Notes under the pieces: model-generated
The model's database searches: none
Told to the model about the DNA's origin: nothing
What the model saw: only the letters and a program-made list of their open reading frames with translations
Translations under genes and position numbers: made by a program
Shown here: piece after piece, positions 52,834 to 62,136 of the stretch
Numbering within the stretch: position 1 is the first letter of the stretch
Layout of the letters: every line of letters begins with the position of its first letter
NCBI GenBank assembly: GCA_937921485.1
Contig: CAKZSV010000004.1
Span: forward strand, 16,497 to 80,496
Length of the DNA: 64,000 nt
Direction: 5' to 3'
Origin: an uncultured bacterium
Lineage (GTDB): Bacteria; Spirochaetota; UBA4802; JAGODF01

Positions 52834-53217
52834 TTACTTTAATTCAACCGTTGCGCCGACTTTTTCAAGGGTTTCCTTGATTTTATTCGCTTCATCCTTG
52901 GAAACTTTTTCCTTAACCGTTTTGCCGCCAGCCTCAACAAGCTCCTTCGCTTCTTTCAGTCCAAGGCCCGTGATGGCGCGGACTTCTTTAATTACTTCAA
53001 TTTTCTTCTCGCCGTGGCTCTTGAGAATGACGTCGAACTCGGTTTTTTCTTCAGCCGCTTCAGCCGCGGGAGCTGCACCGCCGACAGCCGCTACCGCTAC
53101 GGGCGCCGCCGCGGAAATACCGAACTTTTCTTCCATGGCTTTAACAAGCTCTGCCGCCTCAACAACCGTGAGACTTCCGATTGCATCCAGGAGTTCTGCT
53201 GTTGAAAGTTTTGCCAT
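52834..53217 (-). CDS. rplL: 50S ribosomal protein L7/L12
   Basis: Ala-rich hinge, then [39 protein letters not shown]. Confidence 0.97.
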   Translation of the reverse strand: MAKLSTAELLDAIGSLTVVEAAELVKAMEEKFGISAAAPVAVAAVGGAAPAAEAAEEKTEFDVILKSHGEKKIEVIKEVRAITGLGLKEAKELVEAGGKTVKEKVSKDEANKIKETLEKVGATVELK

Positions 53218-53450
53218 TGTTTTTCTCCTTATACTTAGTGAATTGTATCAAGTTAATACGGTCATTGCCGTAAAAACCTATAAGGGGGAAAGCATGGTAT
53301 TCAATAAGCAACGGCCATTGACCGGCTCATATCGTGAATATCAAACCTTTTGTACCCTTACTTTTCCGTATTAATGCTTCCAGATCGGCTTCAAATCACA
53401 CCAAGCCGATTTCCCGTACATACAGACTGCTCAACAAAATGCATGCGCCA

Positions 53451-53466
53451 CATTTGAATTCAAATG
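53451..53466. repeat. Perfect 16-bp palindrome CATTTGAATTCAAATG just downstream of rplJ
   Basis: Read directly from the sequence. A second hairpin ATCGGCTT...AAGCCGAT lies about 50 nt further into the rplJ-rplL spacer. Confidence 0.85.
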
Positions 53467-53476
53467 CTTGAACACC

Positions 53477-53995
53477 TCACAGTGCCTGCTTTTCCGCCAC
53501 CGCGTTAATGCCGCGCGCAAGCGACGCGATAACCTGATTGATGCCCGAGGCGACATTTGTAAGCGGAGCATTTATCAACCCCATAAGCTGGGCGAGCACC
53601 ACTTCCTTGGAAGGAAGATCCGCAATTTTTTCAATTTGCTCAGCAGTATATACCGCATTATCCATCATACCGGCGCGGATGCTGAAAGCCTCCATATCCT
53701 TTTTAAATTCTTTAAGGATTTTGGCAACCGGACCCACATCTTCTTTCACAAAGGCGATTGCCGTGGGGCCTTTGAGGTAATTTTCCATCGACACATAACC
53801 CGCTTCCTTCATCGCCAGGCGGAAAAGATTGTTCTTAACGACTTTATAATCCGCACCTGCTGCCCGGAGTTTGCGCCGCAGCGCCGTGAGATCCTTTACC
53901 TTGACGCCGCTGTAATGAGTGAGAATAAAATTCTTTTTATTCAACAGCTCTTCTTTGAGTTTAGCAACTTCATCCACTTTATATTGTTTGACCAT
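53477..53995 (-). CDS. rplJ: 50S ribosomal protein L10
   Basis: NFILTHYSGVKVKDLTALRRKLRAAGADYKVVKNNLFRLA. Confidence 0.96.
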   Translation of the reverse strand: MVKQYKVDEVAKLKEELLNKKNFILTHYSGVKVKDLTALRRKLRAAGADYKVVKNNLFRLAMKEAGYVSMENYLKGPTAIAFVKEDVGPVAKILKEFKKDMEAFSIRAGMMDNAVYTAEQIEKIADLPSKEVVLAQLMGLINAPLTNVASGINQVIASLARGINAVAEKQAL

Positions 53996-53999
53996 CGTC

Positions 54000-54677
54000 T
54001 TACAACCCCTTGTGATTGATTTTTATTCCAGGCCCCATCGTGGAACAGATGTGCACAGATTTGATATAGTTTCCTTTCGCATCCGAGGGCTTGTCCTTCA
54101 CCACCTGGCTGAAAAAAGCTTTCACGTTTTCTTCAATCTTATTGTCTTCAAATGAAATTTTTCCAACGCCCAGATGAATGACGCCGGTTTTATCGGCTTT
54201 ATATTCAACCCGCCCGCCTTTGAGTTCCTTCACGATGCCCTTCACGTCATCGGTGACGGTTCCGGCTTTGGGTTTCGGCATAAGGCCTTTCCTGCCCAAA
54301 ATCGGCCCAAGCTTTCCCACTTCCTTCATCATATCGGGCGTGGCAACCACCGCGTCGAAATCAAGCCATCCGCCTTTAATTTTTTCAATCACATCATCGG
54401 CGCCTACGAAATCGGCCCCGGCTTCTTTCGCTTCCTTCTGCTTATCGCCTTTGCAGATGACAAGTACGCGAACATCTTTCCCTGTTCCGTTCGGCAGGGT
54501 AACAGCTCCGCGGACGTTCTGAAGGCTTTTATGCACCACCTTGACCGTCACCTCGATGGTTTCGTTGAATTTCGCGAACTTTACTTCCTTCATCAATTTG
54601 ACGGCTTCGGTAATGTCGTAGAGCTTCCGCTTATCGACTTTTGACTTCGCCGCAACCACTTTCTTTCCGTGTCTCAT
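54000..54677 (-). CDS. rplA: 50S ribosomal protein L1
   Basis: KFNETIEVTVKV...VRGAVTLPNGTGKDVRVLV...ATPDMMKEVGKLGPILG. Confidence 0.97.
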   Translation of the reverse strand: MRHGKKVVAAKSKVDKRKLYDITEAVKLMKEVKFAKFNETIEVTVKVVHKSLQNVRGAVTLPNGTGKDVRVLVICKGDKQKEAKEAGADFVGADDVIEKIKGGWLDFDAVVATPDMMKEVGKLGPILGRKGLMPKPKAGTVTDDVKGIVKELKGGRVEYKADKTGVIHLGVGKISFEDNKIEENVKAFFSQVVKDKPSDAKGNYIKSVHICSTMGPGIKINHKGL

Positions 54678-54718
54678 ATCGCTTCCTCAGAATAATCAAC
54701 TGGTTTATTTACGCCGCC

Positions 54719-55153
54719 TTACTTTTCTACCTCGACGCCCATCGAGCGCGCGGTTCCCGCGATGATGTTCACCGCGGCATCGATATCATTCGCGTTGAGA
54801 TCGGGCATCTTGATCGCCGCTATTTCCTCAAGCTGCTTTCGGTTAATTTTGCCGACTTTGGTTTTCGAAGGATCGCCGGAGCCTTTTTCCAGCCCGAGAG
54901 CTTTTTTAATGAGCACAGATGCGGGGGGAGTCTTCACAATAAACGTGTAGGTTCTGTCTTCATACACCGTGATGACCACGGGAAGCAAAGTCCCCGTCTG
55001 GCTTTTCGTTCTATCGTTAAACGATTTGCAGAACTCCATGATATTCAGCCCCTGCTGTCCTAAAGCCGGGCCAACAGGCGGAGCCGGCGTAGCCTGACCG
55101 CCTAATATCTGGAGCTTGATTTCAGTGAGCACCTTCTTTTTCTTTGGAGCCAT
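54719..55153 (-). CDS. rplK: 50S ribosomal protein L11
   Basis: [35 protein letters not shown]. Confidence 0.97.
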   Translation of the reverse strand: MAPKKKKVLTEIKLQILGGQATPAPPVGPALGQQGLNIMEFCKSFNDRTKSQTGTLLPVVITVYEDRTYTFIVKTPPASVLIKKALGLEKGSGDPSKTKVGKINRKQLEEIAAIKMPDLNANDIDAAVNIIAGTARSMGVEVEK

Positions 55154-55205
55154 TGTTCAGTACCTTTATAACGTTATTCTTATCGCGCTTTCGACAGAAA
55201 CTAAT

Positions 55206-55763
55206 CTAGATTTTCCCTACCTGCAGAAAATCGAGTTCAACGGGCGTCGCCCTTCCGAAAATTTCCACCTTCACGCGAAGCCTGCCTTTTTCGGGGAACA
55301 CCTCTTCGATGATGCCGCTGAAATTGCTGAAAGGCCCATCGATAACCTTGATGTGTTCGCCTACTGAAAAATCCATGGCCACGGACACCTTCTCCTTGGC
55401 CTTCTGTTCACCCGGCTGTTCGAACAGATTGCTCACCTCGCTTCGAGACAGCGGTTTCGGCTCATACGTACCTTTCGACGGGTCGAAAGTGCCAAGAAAA
55501 TTGGTCACCCCCGGAGTGTCCTTTATGAGTTTCCGCACCTCGTCGGTGAGGGTCACTTCTATGATGATATATCCCGGGAAAAATTTTTGGGATTTCATCC
55601 TCTTTTTCCCGTCTTTTATTTCAGGCACTTCGAGCGTCGGTATTTTGATGCGAAAATCCCTTTCGTTCTCCTGGCCAATATTGGCAAGCTTTTTTTCAAT
55701 CGCAAGCTTTACCTTGTTCTCGTGGCCCGAATACGTATGGAGTACATACCACTCTTTTTCCAT
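55206..55763 (-). CDS. nusG: Transcription termination/antitermination factor NusG
   Basis: MEKEWYVLHTYSGHENKVK...FPGYIIIEV, plus the KOW segment GEHIKVIDGPFSNFSGIIEEV. Confidence 0.96.
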   Translation of the reverse strand: MEKEWYVLHTYSGHENKVKLAIEKKLANIGQENERDFRIKIPTLEVPEIKDGKKRMKSQKFFPGYIIIEVTLTDEVRKLIKDTPGVTNFLGTFDPSKGTYEPKPLSRSEVSNLFEQPGEQKAKEKVSVAMDFSVGEHIKVIDGPFSNFSGIIEEVFPEKGRLRVKVEIFGRATPVELDFLQVGKI

Positions 55764-55765
55764 CG

Positions 55766-55945
55766 TTATCTCACAAACACTCCAATAATATGGTTCAGGC
55801 CGAAATCGACCACCGCCAGAAACACGGAAACGATGATGAGCGTCACGATCACCACCATGGTGAAATTGCTGACTTCTTCTTTTTCAGGCCAGGTAACTTT
55901 TTTCAGCTCATCCCGCGACTCGCGAACAAAATCGAATAATTTCAT
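55766..55945 (-). CDS. secE: Preprotein translocase subunit SecE (59 aa)
   Basis: Hand translation gives MKLFDFVRESRDELKKVTWPEKEEVSNFTMVVIVTLIIVSVFLAVVDFGLNHIIGVFVR*. It is below the ORF-track cutoff. Confidence 0.9.
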   Translation of the reverse strand: MKLFDFVRESRDELKKVTWPEKEEVSNFTMVVIVTLIIVSVFLAVVDFGLNHIIGVFVR

Positions 55946-55996
55946 ATTAATCTTTCCTTGTCAGATACAGTGTGGGAACCGCATTCGTGAGGCCGG

Positions 55997-56149
55997 TCAG
56001 GCCTTCGTTTCCTTATGCAGCGTATGCTTGTTGCAGAACTTGCAATATTTCATCACCTCAAGCTTCGCAGTCTGCGTCTTCTTGTTTTTTGTAACGGAAT
56101 AATTACGGCGCTTGCAGTCCTTGCACGATAACAGTATAATTTCTCGCAT
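55997..56149 (-). CDS. rpmG: 50S ribosomal protein L33 (Cys4 form, 50 aa)
   Basis: Hand translation gives [50 protein letters not shown]. Confidence 0.9.
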   Translation of the reverse strand: MREIILLSCKDCKRRNYSVTKNKKTQTAKLEVMKYCKFCNKHTLHKETKA

Positions 56150-56168
56150 TGGCTTAAACCTTCTCTAA

Positions 56169-56196
56169 AATGATAATCCCCAGAATGACAATCCCC
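56169..56196 (-). repeat. Tandem 13-mers GGGGATT(G/A)TCATT x2 in the rpmG leader
   Basis: Plus-strand aatgataatcccc (56169-56181) and aatgacaatcccc (56184-56196), period 15 nt, lying 20-47 nt upstream of the rpmG ATG. Confidence 0.8.
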
Positions 56197-56394
56197 GGGA
56201 AATATTCGCCGGCTACCATTTAACGCCGATCTTTTGGAACTCTGCAAAGCCCTTCACAAAACCTTTCCGCGACGCCACGCATTTGAAGCCGCCGCGCAAA
56301 GCGCACATTTCACGGCAATGTGAGGGATATAATCGGGAAAAGATACAACCCCTAAAACCTGACGGCATACATGTTGCGCAACCGCACAACTGAT

Positions 56395-56467
56395 AGCCCA
56401 CGACCAGAATCGAACTGGTGACCTTTTGCTTACCATGCAAATGCTCTGCCGACTGAGCTACGTGGGC
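56395..56467 (-). tRNA. tRNA-Thr (anticodon GGU)
   Basis: Cloverleaf: acceptor GCCCACG/CGTGGGC, D arm GCTC-AGTCGGCA-GAGC, anticodon arm TTTGC-ATGGTAA-GCAAA, V loop AGGTC, T arm ACCAG-TTCGATT-CTGGT, discriminator T. No CCA is encoded. Confidence 0.93.
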
Positions 56468-56482
56468 ACAAATGGAGACAAA

Positions 56483-56510
56483 ATAGTAAAAAAAGGGGTT
56501 TTTGTGTCAA
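56483..56510 (-). promoter_or_regulatory. Sigma70-type promoter for tRNA-Thr
   Basis: On the minus strand, TTGACA (56510-56505), a 16-nt spacer, then TACTAT (56488-56483). The tRNA 5' end lies 16 nt downstream of the -10 element. Confidence 0.55.
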
Positions 56511-56543
56511 TATTTTTTTCCGAAAGTTTACAAGAAATTACAA

Positions 56544-56571
56544 AAACGCCTCCCGGCAAAAGGAGGCGTTT
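56544..56571 (-). terminator. Rho-independent terminator after rlpA
   Basis: AAACGCCTCC (56544-56553) / GGAGGCGTTT (56562-56571) with an 8-nt loop. The minus-strand RNA is followed by UUUGUAAUUUCUU. Confidence 0.75.
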
Positions 56572-56594
56572 GATGTTCAAGAATTATACAGTTG

Positions 56595-57578
56595 CTACTC
56601 CCTTCTCTCCTTCACCGTGAAGCTCGAAATATTTTCATCGCTGAGGGCTTCCCGTACCTTTTCCAGTTCTTTTTTCGATCCAATCGAATTGATGCGGACT
56701 TTATACATATCGCCGTCACGGAAGATCACCACCGGCCTGTGCGTCAAGCCCTCTATTTTGCTTTTCAGCCGCTGGGCGTTGGCCCTGGAATAGAACGCCC
56801 CTGCCTGGAGGGCAAAACGCCCGGTGCGAACGCGCTCGTCTCTTGCAAGGTCATCATCCGATTCATTATCGTCATCGCCGCCCGCCGCGGGTTCAATATC
56901 CTCGGCAGATTTTCTTGAACGTATTTCGCCGGTTCCTTTTTTCAGGATATTAATTCCCACCATTGCTTTCCCCGCCCCCAGCATATCGAGCCGGCGTGCG
57001 GCGGCATAGGAAAGATCAAGTATTCTGCCTTCCCGATAAGGACCACGGTCGTTCACGCGCACTTTTACGGTTTTATCATTATCCAGGTTCTTCACCTCAA
57101 GAATTGTGCCGAATGGAAGGGTTTTATGCGCCGCGGTCAGTTCGTTCATATCGAAGCGTTCACCCGAAGCAGTGCGTTTCCCATGAAACGCCCTCCCATA
57201 CCATGACGCTTCTCCTTTTTGATAAAAACGCCCGGAACTATCAGGATTATCCGATAGATCGTCTTCGTATTGTGCATCATCATAATCGTCTGATGTTTTT
57301 TTTGCCGTATTTGCCCGCAGTTTCGGCGCCCCAGCCTTGCTGGCTTTGTTGGTACTTTTTACTGATGCAGTTTTGGCAGGCGCCGGCTCATCTTCGTCGA
57401 AATTGAAGTCAACATCCTCAACATCATCGTTTCTGACCGATGAAGCCTTTTCCGACGCAGCGGCATCTCTCGTCATAGTCCGCGCCGGTGCGCAGGCGGT
57501 GATGAACATAAAAAACAGCATCAATCCCAAAAGCATTAATAATCCGGATATTACATAACGCATGATTCGCTCCTTCAC
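56595..57578 (-). CDS. rlpA: Septal ring lytic transglycosylase RlpA-family lipoprotein with SPOR domain
   Basis: Lipobox FITAC. DPBB domain GEASWYGRAFHGKRTASGERFDMNELTAAHKTLPFGTILEVKNLDNDKTVKVRVNDRGP. C-terminal SPOR-like FALQAGAFYSRANAQRL. Confidence 0.85.
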   Translation of the reverse strand: MKERIMRYVISGLLMLLGLMLFFMFITACAPARTMTRDAAASEKASSVRNDDVEDVDFNFDEDEPAPAKTASVKSTNKASKAGAPKLRANTAKKTSDDYDDAQYEDDLSDNPDSSGRFYQKGEASWYGRAFHGKRTASGERFDMNELTAAHKTLPFGTILEVKNLDNDKTVKVRVNDRGPYREGRILDLSYAAARRLDMLGAGKAMVGINILKKGTGEIRSRKSAEDIEPAAGGDDDNESDDDLARDERVRTGRFALQAGAFYSRANAQRLKSKIEGLTHRPVVIFRDGDMYKVRINSIGSKKELEKVREALSDENISSFTVKERRE

Positions 57579-57644
57579 GTGGTTCTCTAATTTATTTTCG
57601 GAAGGAATGCATTATGTCCTTAAATGATTTTTTGCAGGCGATTA

Positions 57645-59246
57645 TCAGATATCCTCGCTGAGGGATTGCATCATTCTCTTGATGTCGTTAAGCTGATGCT
57701 CAATTTTCTCTTCATCGCCGAACTTTTTTTCCTTCACGGCTTTTTTATATTTTTCCTCGAGTTTTCCAAGAGTATCCCGCAGATCCGCAAATTTTTTTTC
57801 GAGCATTCCATCAAACCGCGGAATTCCATACGAGGCGAATGCAGTTTCTCCAGTTTCAAGATCGATGATTTCACCCCATCTCGGCACCTCTGCGTTCCAG
57901 CCCAGCCGCTCATGAACCGTCGAAGCAAACGCAATGCTTGCCGTTTCTTCACCGTGAACGACAAAAACACGCGGATTCTTATTTTGAATTGCAGACATCC
58001 ATTCAATGAGGCCGTCCCGGTCCGCGTGCGCGGAAAAACCTCCCAGGGTATGGATTTTCGCGTGCACCACCACCTCTTCTCCGAGCACGCGGACTTTTTT
58101 GGCGCCATCCACAAGCTGGCGTCCAAGCGTCCCTTCCGCCTGATACCCCACAAATACGATCGAAGATTCACTGCGGTACAGATTATTGAGGAGATGGAAT
58201 TTTATCCTCCCCGCGTTGCACATGCCGCTTGCTGAAATGATTATTGCACCGCGCGCCTCCTCGTTGAGGCGTTTTGAATCGGCAGTATCACGGGTATAAT
58301 GCAGATTTTCGTAATCGAGCGGATTATCGCCCGAAAGGAGAAGTTGCATCGTCGCATCATCAAAACACTCCCTGTTCATCTTGAAAATTTCGGTGGCGGA
58401 GATTGCCAGGGGAGAATCGATATACACGGGAATGCGCGGAATCGCTTGTTCTTTAAAGAGCCTGCCGAGGGTATAAATAATTTCCTGGGTTCGTTCAACG
58501 GCAAAGGAAGGAATGATGATATTGCCCTTCCTTTTATATGCTTCATTAATAATGCCGGTGAATTCCTTAAAAGTATCCTCGCGGCTTTTATGCAGCCGGT
58601 CGCCATAGGTTGACTCGATAAAAAGCACATCAGCCTCCGAGACTTTTTCGGGGTCGCGTATGAGCGCCTGATCTTTTGGGCCGATATCACCGGAAAAGAC
58701 GAGCCTGGTTTCTTTTCCTTTTTCCTGTACGCGCAATTCCACAAACGCCGAACCCAGAATATGTCCGGCATCCCTGAAGCGCGCAGTGATGCCGGGCAGC
58801 ACTTCCACTTCATCGCCGTAGTTTACCGGTACGAAATGCCGCATGGACTCTTCCGCATCCTCCACGGTATAGAGCGGCTGGGATTCATCGATACCCAGGT
58901 GCTTGTTTTTTTTATTTATCCACTTCACATCCATCTCCTGGATGTGCGCGCTGTCCGGCAGCATGACCGAGCAGAGATCGACCGTCGCCTTCGTGGCGTA
59001 AATTTTTTGATTAAATCCATCCTTCACCATTTTCGGAATGAGGCCGCTGTGATCGATATGCGCGTGCGTGAGGATGAGCGCGTCGATTTCCGATGGAGCG
59101 TAGATGGTCTTCTGGAAATTGCGTTCACGCAGGGTTTTGTTTCCCTGAAACATGCCGTGATCCACCATCAAGGTGCGATCGTCGGTTTTTACGATAAAGC
59201 ACGAACCCGTGACGCTCCTTGCCGCTCCTACAAATTCAATTTTCAT
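57645..59246 (-). CDS. MBL-fold beta-CASP ribonuclease (CPSF73/RNase J superfamily)
   Basis: MKIEFVGAARSVTGSCFIV...ALILTHAHIDHSGLIP...GGFSAHADRDGL. About 70 aa of C-terminal charged extension. Confidence 0.8.
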   Translation of the reverse strand: MKIEFVGAARSVTGSCFIVKTDDRTLMVDHGMFQGNKTLRERNFQKTIYAPSEIDALILTHAHIDHSGLIPKMVKDGFNQKIYATKATVDLCSVMLPDSAHIQEMDVKWINKKNKHLGIDESQPLYTVEDAEESMRHFVPVNYGDEVEVLPGITARFRDAGHILGSAFVELRVQEKGKETRLVFSGDIGPKDQALIRDPEKVSEADVLFIESTYGDRLHKSREDTFKEFTGIINEAYKRKGNIIIPSFAVERTQEIIYTLGRLFKEQAIPRIPVYIDSPLAISATEIFKMNRECFDDATMQLLLSGDNPLDYENLHYTRDTADSKRLNEEARGAIIISASGMCNAGRIKFHLLNNLYRSESSIVFVGYQAEGTLGRQLVDGAKKVRVLGEEVVVHAKIHTLGGFSAHADRDGLIEWMSAIQNKNPRVFVVHGEETASIAFASTVHERLGWNAEVPRWGEIIDLETGETAFASYGIPRFDGMLEKKFADLRDTLGKLEEKYKKAVKEKKFGDEEKIEHQLNDIKRMMQSLSEDI

Positions 59247-59259
59247 CAGTCGCTCCCCC

Positions 59260-59979
59260 TCATTTTGGCTGTGCCGAAACGCCGTTTTTCGTATCGCTTC
59301 GTATTTCCCCGTCGAAAAGTGTGATGGTACGCTCCGTCATAGAAGCTATCTCGTGGCTGTGCGTCACAATCACAATGGTGGTTTTGTGCTCCCTCCCGAG
59401 CGCGAAAAGCCCTTCGATGAGAGATTTTGAATTTTCACTGTCCAGACTGCCGGTCGGTTCATCAGCGAGAACGATGTGCGGATTGCCCACAATCGCGCGG
59501 GCAACGGCAATGCGCTGGCACTCTCCTCCCGAAAGCTCCGCCGGCTTGTGGTGCGCGCGATCCGAAAGCCCGAATTTTGAAATGATCTCGATTGCCGTCT
59601 CGCGTGCGCGTTGTGCGGATATCCTTCTAATGAGAAGCGGCATCGCAACATTCTCAAGCGCCGTAAACTCAGGAAGCAGATTATGAAGCTGAAAGACAAA
59701 GCCGATATGGCGATTGCGGAAATCCGAAAGCGCATCTACCGAAAGCCTTGACACATCCATCCCGTCAACTACCAGAGTGCCGGATTGGAAGGAATCAAGA
59801 CAGCCGATGAGATTCAACAGCGTCGATTTGCCGGCCCCGGAAGGCCCCATGATGGAAAGAATTTCCCCGCGCCGAACCTCCATCGTGATGCCCTTCAGCA
59901 CCCGGAGCGCGTTTCTCCCCTGGCCGTATATTTTTTCAAGATTTTCCGTCCGTATGATTGAAGTCGCATCCATGAACAC
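59260..59979 (-). CDS. lolD: Lipoprotein-releasing ABC transporter ATP-binding protein
   Basis: GPSGAGKSTLLNLIG, LSGGECQRIAVARA, LADEPTGSLD. Adjacent to the LolC/E-type permease. Confidence 0.85.
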   Translation of the reverse strand: MFMDATSIIRTENLEKIYGQGRNALRVLKGITMEVRRGEILSIMGPSGAGKSTLLNLIGCLDSFQSGTLVVDGMDVSRLSVDALSDFRNRHIGFVFQLHNLLPEFTALENVAMPLLIRRISAQRARETAIEIISKFGLSDRAHHKPAELSGGECQRIAVARAIVGNPHIVLADEPTGSLDSENSKSLIEGLFALGREHKTTIVIVTHSHEIASMTERTITLFDGEIRSDTKNGVSAQPK

Positions 59980-59982
59980 CGC

Positions 59983-61332
59983 CTATTCGTAGCGTATCGT
60001 TTCAACAGGATTAAGCCGTGAAGCCTGCCACGCCGGGAAAATCGCCGCAACCGTGGAAAGAAAAACCGCGAAGACGGCAATCAACACCACAAACTCGGGA
60101 TTGACCTGTGTGGGAATCGTATCGATGTAGTACACGTTTTTAGGAACGAGCGAGACATCCTGCCACAGCATCTGCTCGAAAGAACCGCCTGTGAGATAAT
60201 GAGCAATTTTCCCGAAAAAATTTACAACTGCATAACAGCCATTCATCAGCGAATTTATCTTCACTTCAACCCACTTGATGATTGCCTCAAGATTGAGTGC
60301 CGCCGCCATGCCGCATATCACGCCAGATACCGCACCGGTAACGCCTATGAGAAATCCCTCGAGCACAAAAATCACCATGATGGACATCGGATGCGCACCT
60401 AAGGATTTCAGAATCCCCACCGCCTTTCGTTTCTCCATTACCACCATCACCAGCGTCCCCATGATGGTAAAGCCTGCCGCCACGATGACCAGAAAAAGAA
60501 TGATAGTCATGATGAGTTTCTCGAGCCTGAGGGCATAGAAAAGATTCTGATTCCGCTGCTCGGCCGTCTGCACTTCATAATTGAAACCGATGCGCTGTCG
60601 AATGCGCGAAGCGATATCATCCATTCGATAAATATCATCAATTTTAACTCCGATTCCCCACACGACATTGCCCATTTCGTAGAGATTCTGAGCGGCGGGA
60701 AGAGAAAGGACGATGAGCTTGGTGTCGAATTCGTAGTAGCCGGTTTTGAAAAATCCGGCGACGCGGTAGGTTCCAATACCGGGGTTGATGCCGGTTTTTG
60801 CGGTGAGCCTACCTTTGGGAACTATAATCTCGATCGCTTCGCCCTTGCGGATATTGTAGTTCCACGACATCTCCACGCCGATGAAGACATCGCTTGCTCT
60901 TTTATAATCCTTCTGGCCTTCCTTGATGAATTTCTTCACATCCTGCGGCATATCACCGATCTTTCCCATGCCGCGAATCACCACCGGCGAGATGTACGAT
61001 TTATAGCGGAGCAACCCCTGACCCTGAATGATGGGCACAACTGAACGAATGCCTTTGATGTCTTTGATTGAGTTTATAAGGGCCTGGTACTCGCGGATTC
61101 CCTCTCCCGTATCGGTTACGAATGCGCTGGTGATGGTGATGTGGCTGTCGACATCTAAGATTTTATCTTTAATCTGGCTTTGAAATCCATTCATCACCGA
61201 GATAACGACGATGAGCATGAATACGCCGATGAATACGATAAAAATTGAAAGGACAGTATTGAAGGAAATAAACCCCTGGCTTTTTTTCGCTTTTAAATAC
61301 CGAAATCCGATGAAAAGTTCATACATGCTCAT
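59983..61332 (-). CDS. lolC: Lipoprotein-releasing system permease LolC/E (MacB/FtsX family)
   Basis: FIGFRYLKAKKSQGFISFNTVLSIFIVFIGVFMLIVVISVMNGFQSQIKDKIL and a C-terminal FtsX domain ending ...SRLNPVETIRYE. Confidence 0.85.
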   Translation of the reverse strand: MSMYELFIGFRYLKAKKSQGFISFNTVLSIFIVFIGVFMLIVVISVMNGFQSQIKDKILDVDSHITITSAFVTDTGEGIREYQALINSIKDIKGIRSVVPIIQGQGLLRYKSYISPVVIRGMGKIGDMPQDVKKFIKEGQKDYKRASDVFIGVEMSWNYNIRKGEAIEIIVPKGRLTAKTGINPGIGTYRVAGFFKTGYYEFDTKLIVLSLPAAQNLYEMGNVVWGIGVKIDDIYRMDDIASRIRQRIGFNYEVQTAEQRNQNLFYALRLEKLIMTIILFLVIVAAGFTIMGTLVMVVMEKRKAVGILKSLGAHPMSIMVIFVLEGFLIGVTGAVSGVICGMAAALNLEAIIKWVEVKINSLMNGCYAVVNFFGKIAHYLTGGSFEQMLWQDVSLVPKNVYYIDTIPTQVNPEFVVLIAVFAVFLSTVAAIFPAWQASRLNPVETIRYE

Positions 61333-61360
61333 TCAAAATCCGCCTGTATTACGTTATTTT

Positions 61361-61978
61361 TTAATCTTGTTCAATTCCTAAAATCAAAAGAGGAACTGGT
61401 GGATTATTCCTACCGTGTCTTAAAACATTATAAACTTCACCTTCGTAATATGCAACTCCGCTACTCATTTGCGATTGCATCTTCTTTGTCGGCAAAACTT
61501 CAATGCCAAGGTTTATTACACCACCTGAATAGAAAAGTAAATGTTTTACAAAAAGATCAAATGCCACGAAAGCATATTTTCCAAATTGAACTTCAACAGC
61601 AATCTTGTCTTTTACAAAGTCTGTTTGCTTGTATGATGAGATTGGTTCTTTAATGCCTTTTGAAATTAAAAATTCTTTCTGTTTGTCATATGGCAACGAA
61701 ATTAATTCAGTTAGTATTTTCTGGTCAGTTGTTATGTAATATTGATAACGACTTTCATTCCAACCAAGTTTTTTAAATTTTTTATTAAAAGCTTTATTCA
61801 ATTCAATAGGGCTATAAAGCATTTTCCCTATCATTGTTTTTTCCTTACTTTTTTTGGTCATAAACTTTGAAGCATCAATGCTCTGAATGGTATCAATAAT
61901 TTCTTTGTAAAGTTTTTTATGATGAACTATAAGGTATTCTTCTCCGTTCAAATGCGAGTATTTCTGTGCTATTTTCAT
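61361..61978 (-). CDS. BglII-family type II restriction endonuclease
   Basis: KQTDFVKDKIAVEVQFGKYAFVAF parallels the BglII active-site segment DIDFGKRDTLVEVQFSNYPF as I recall it, with identical D-x8-E-x-Q spacing. AT-rich gene adjacent to the methyltransferase. Confidence 0.75.
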   Translation of the reverse strand: MKIAQKYSHLNGEEYLIVHHKKLYKEIIDTIQSIDASKFMTKKSKEKTMIGKMLYSPIELNKAFNKKFKKLGWNESRYQYYITTDQKILTELISLPYDKQKEFLISKGIKEPISSYKQTDFVKDKIAVEVQFGKYAFVAFDLFVKHLLFYSGGVINLGIEVLPTKKMQSQMSSGVAYYEGEVYNVLRHGRNNPPVPLLILGIEQD

Positions 61979-61996
61979 TATTTTCGACGAATCATT

Positions 61997-62119
61997 ACTT
62001 TAGGTAACTACTGAATACCGCTTTTAAGGAGATTCCCTTGCGGGTCCAACATATAAGTAAAACCGCTTCCCTTTATGCTAATTTGAAATGCCAAAATCGG
62101 TTTTTAGAGATGCTCTTTA
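61997..62119 (-). repeat. Structured repeat element, copy 4 (diverged, minus orientation) between M and R genes
   Basis: The reverse complement reads TAAAGAGCATCTCTAAAAACCGATTTTGGCATTTCAAATTAGCATAAAGGGAAGCGGTTTTACTTATATGTTGGACCCGCAAGGGAATCTCCTTAAAAGCGGTATTCAGTAGTTACC. It is colinear with copies 1 and 3 but carries many substitutions. Confidence 0.7.
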
Positions 62120-62136
62120 TACTTACCGTTTACATA

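Noticed and set aside
56150-56394. A second tRNA (for example tRNA-Trp, often found next to rpmG/secE) in the 245-nt spacer.
   Set aside because: No cloverleaf could be drawn. There is no T-loop GTTCGAATC-type box or matching acceptor arms.
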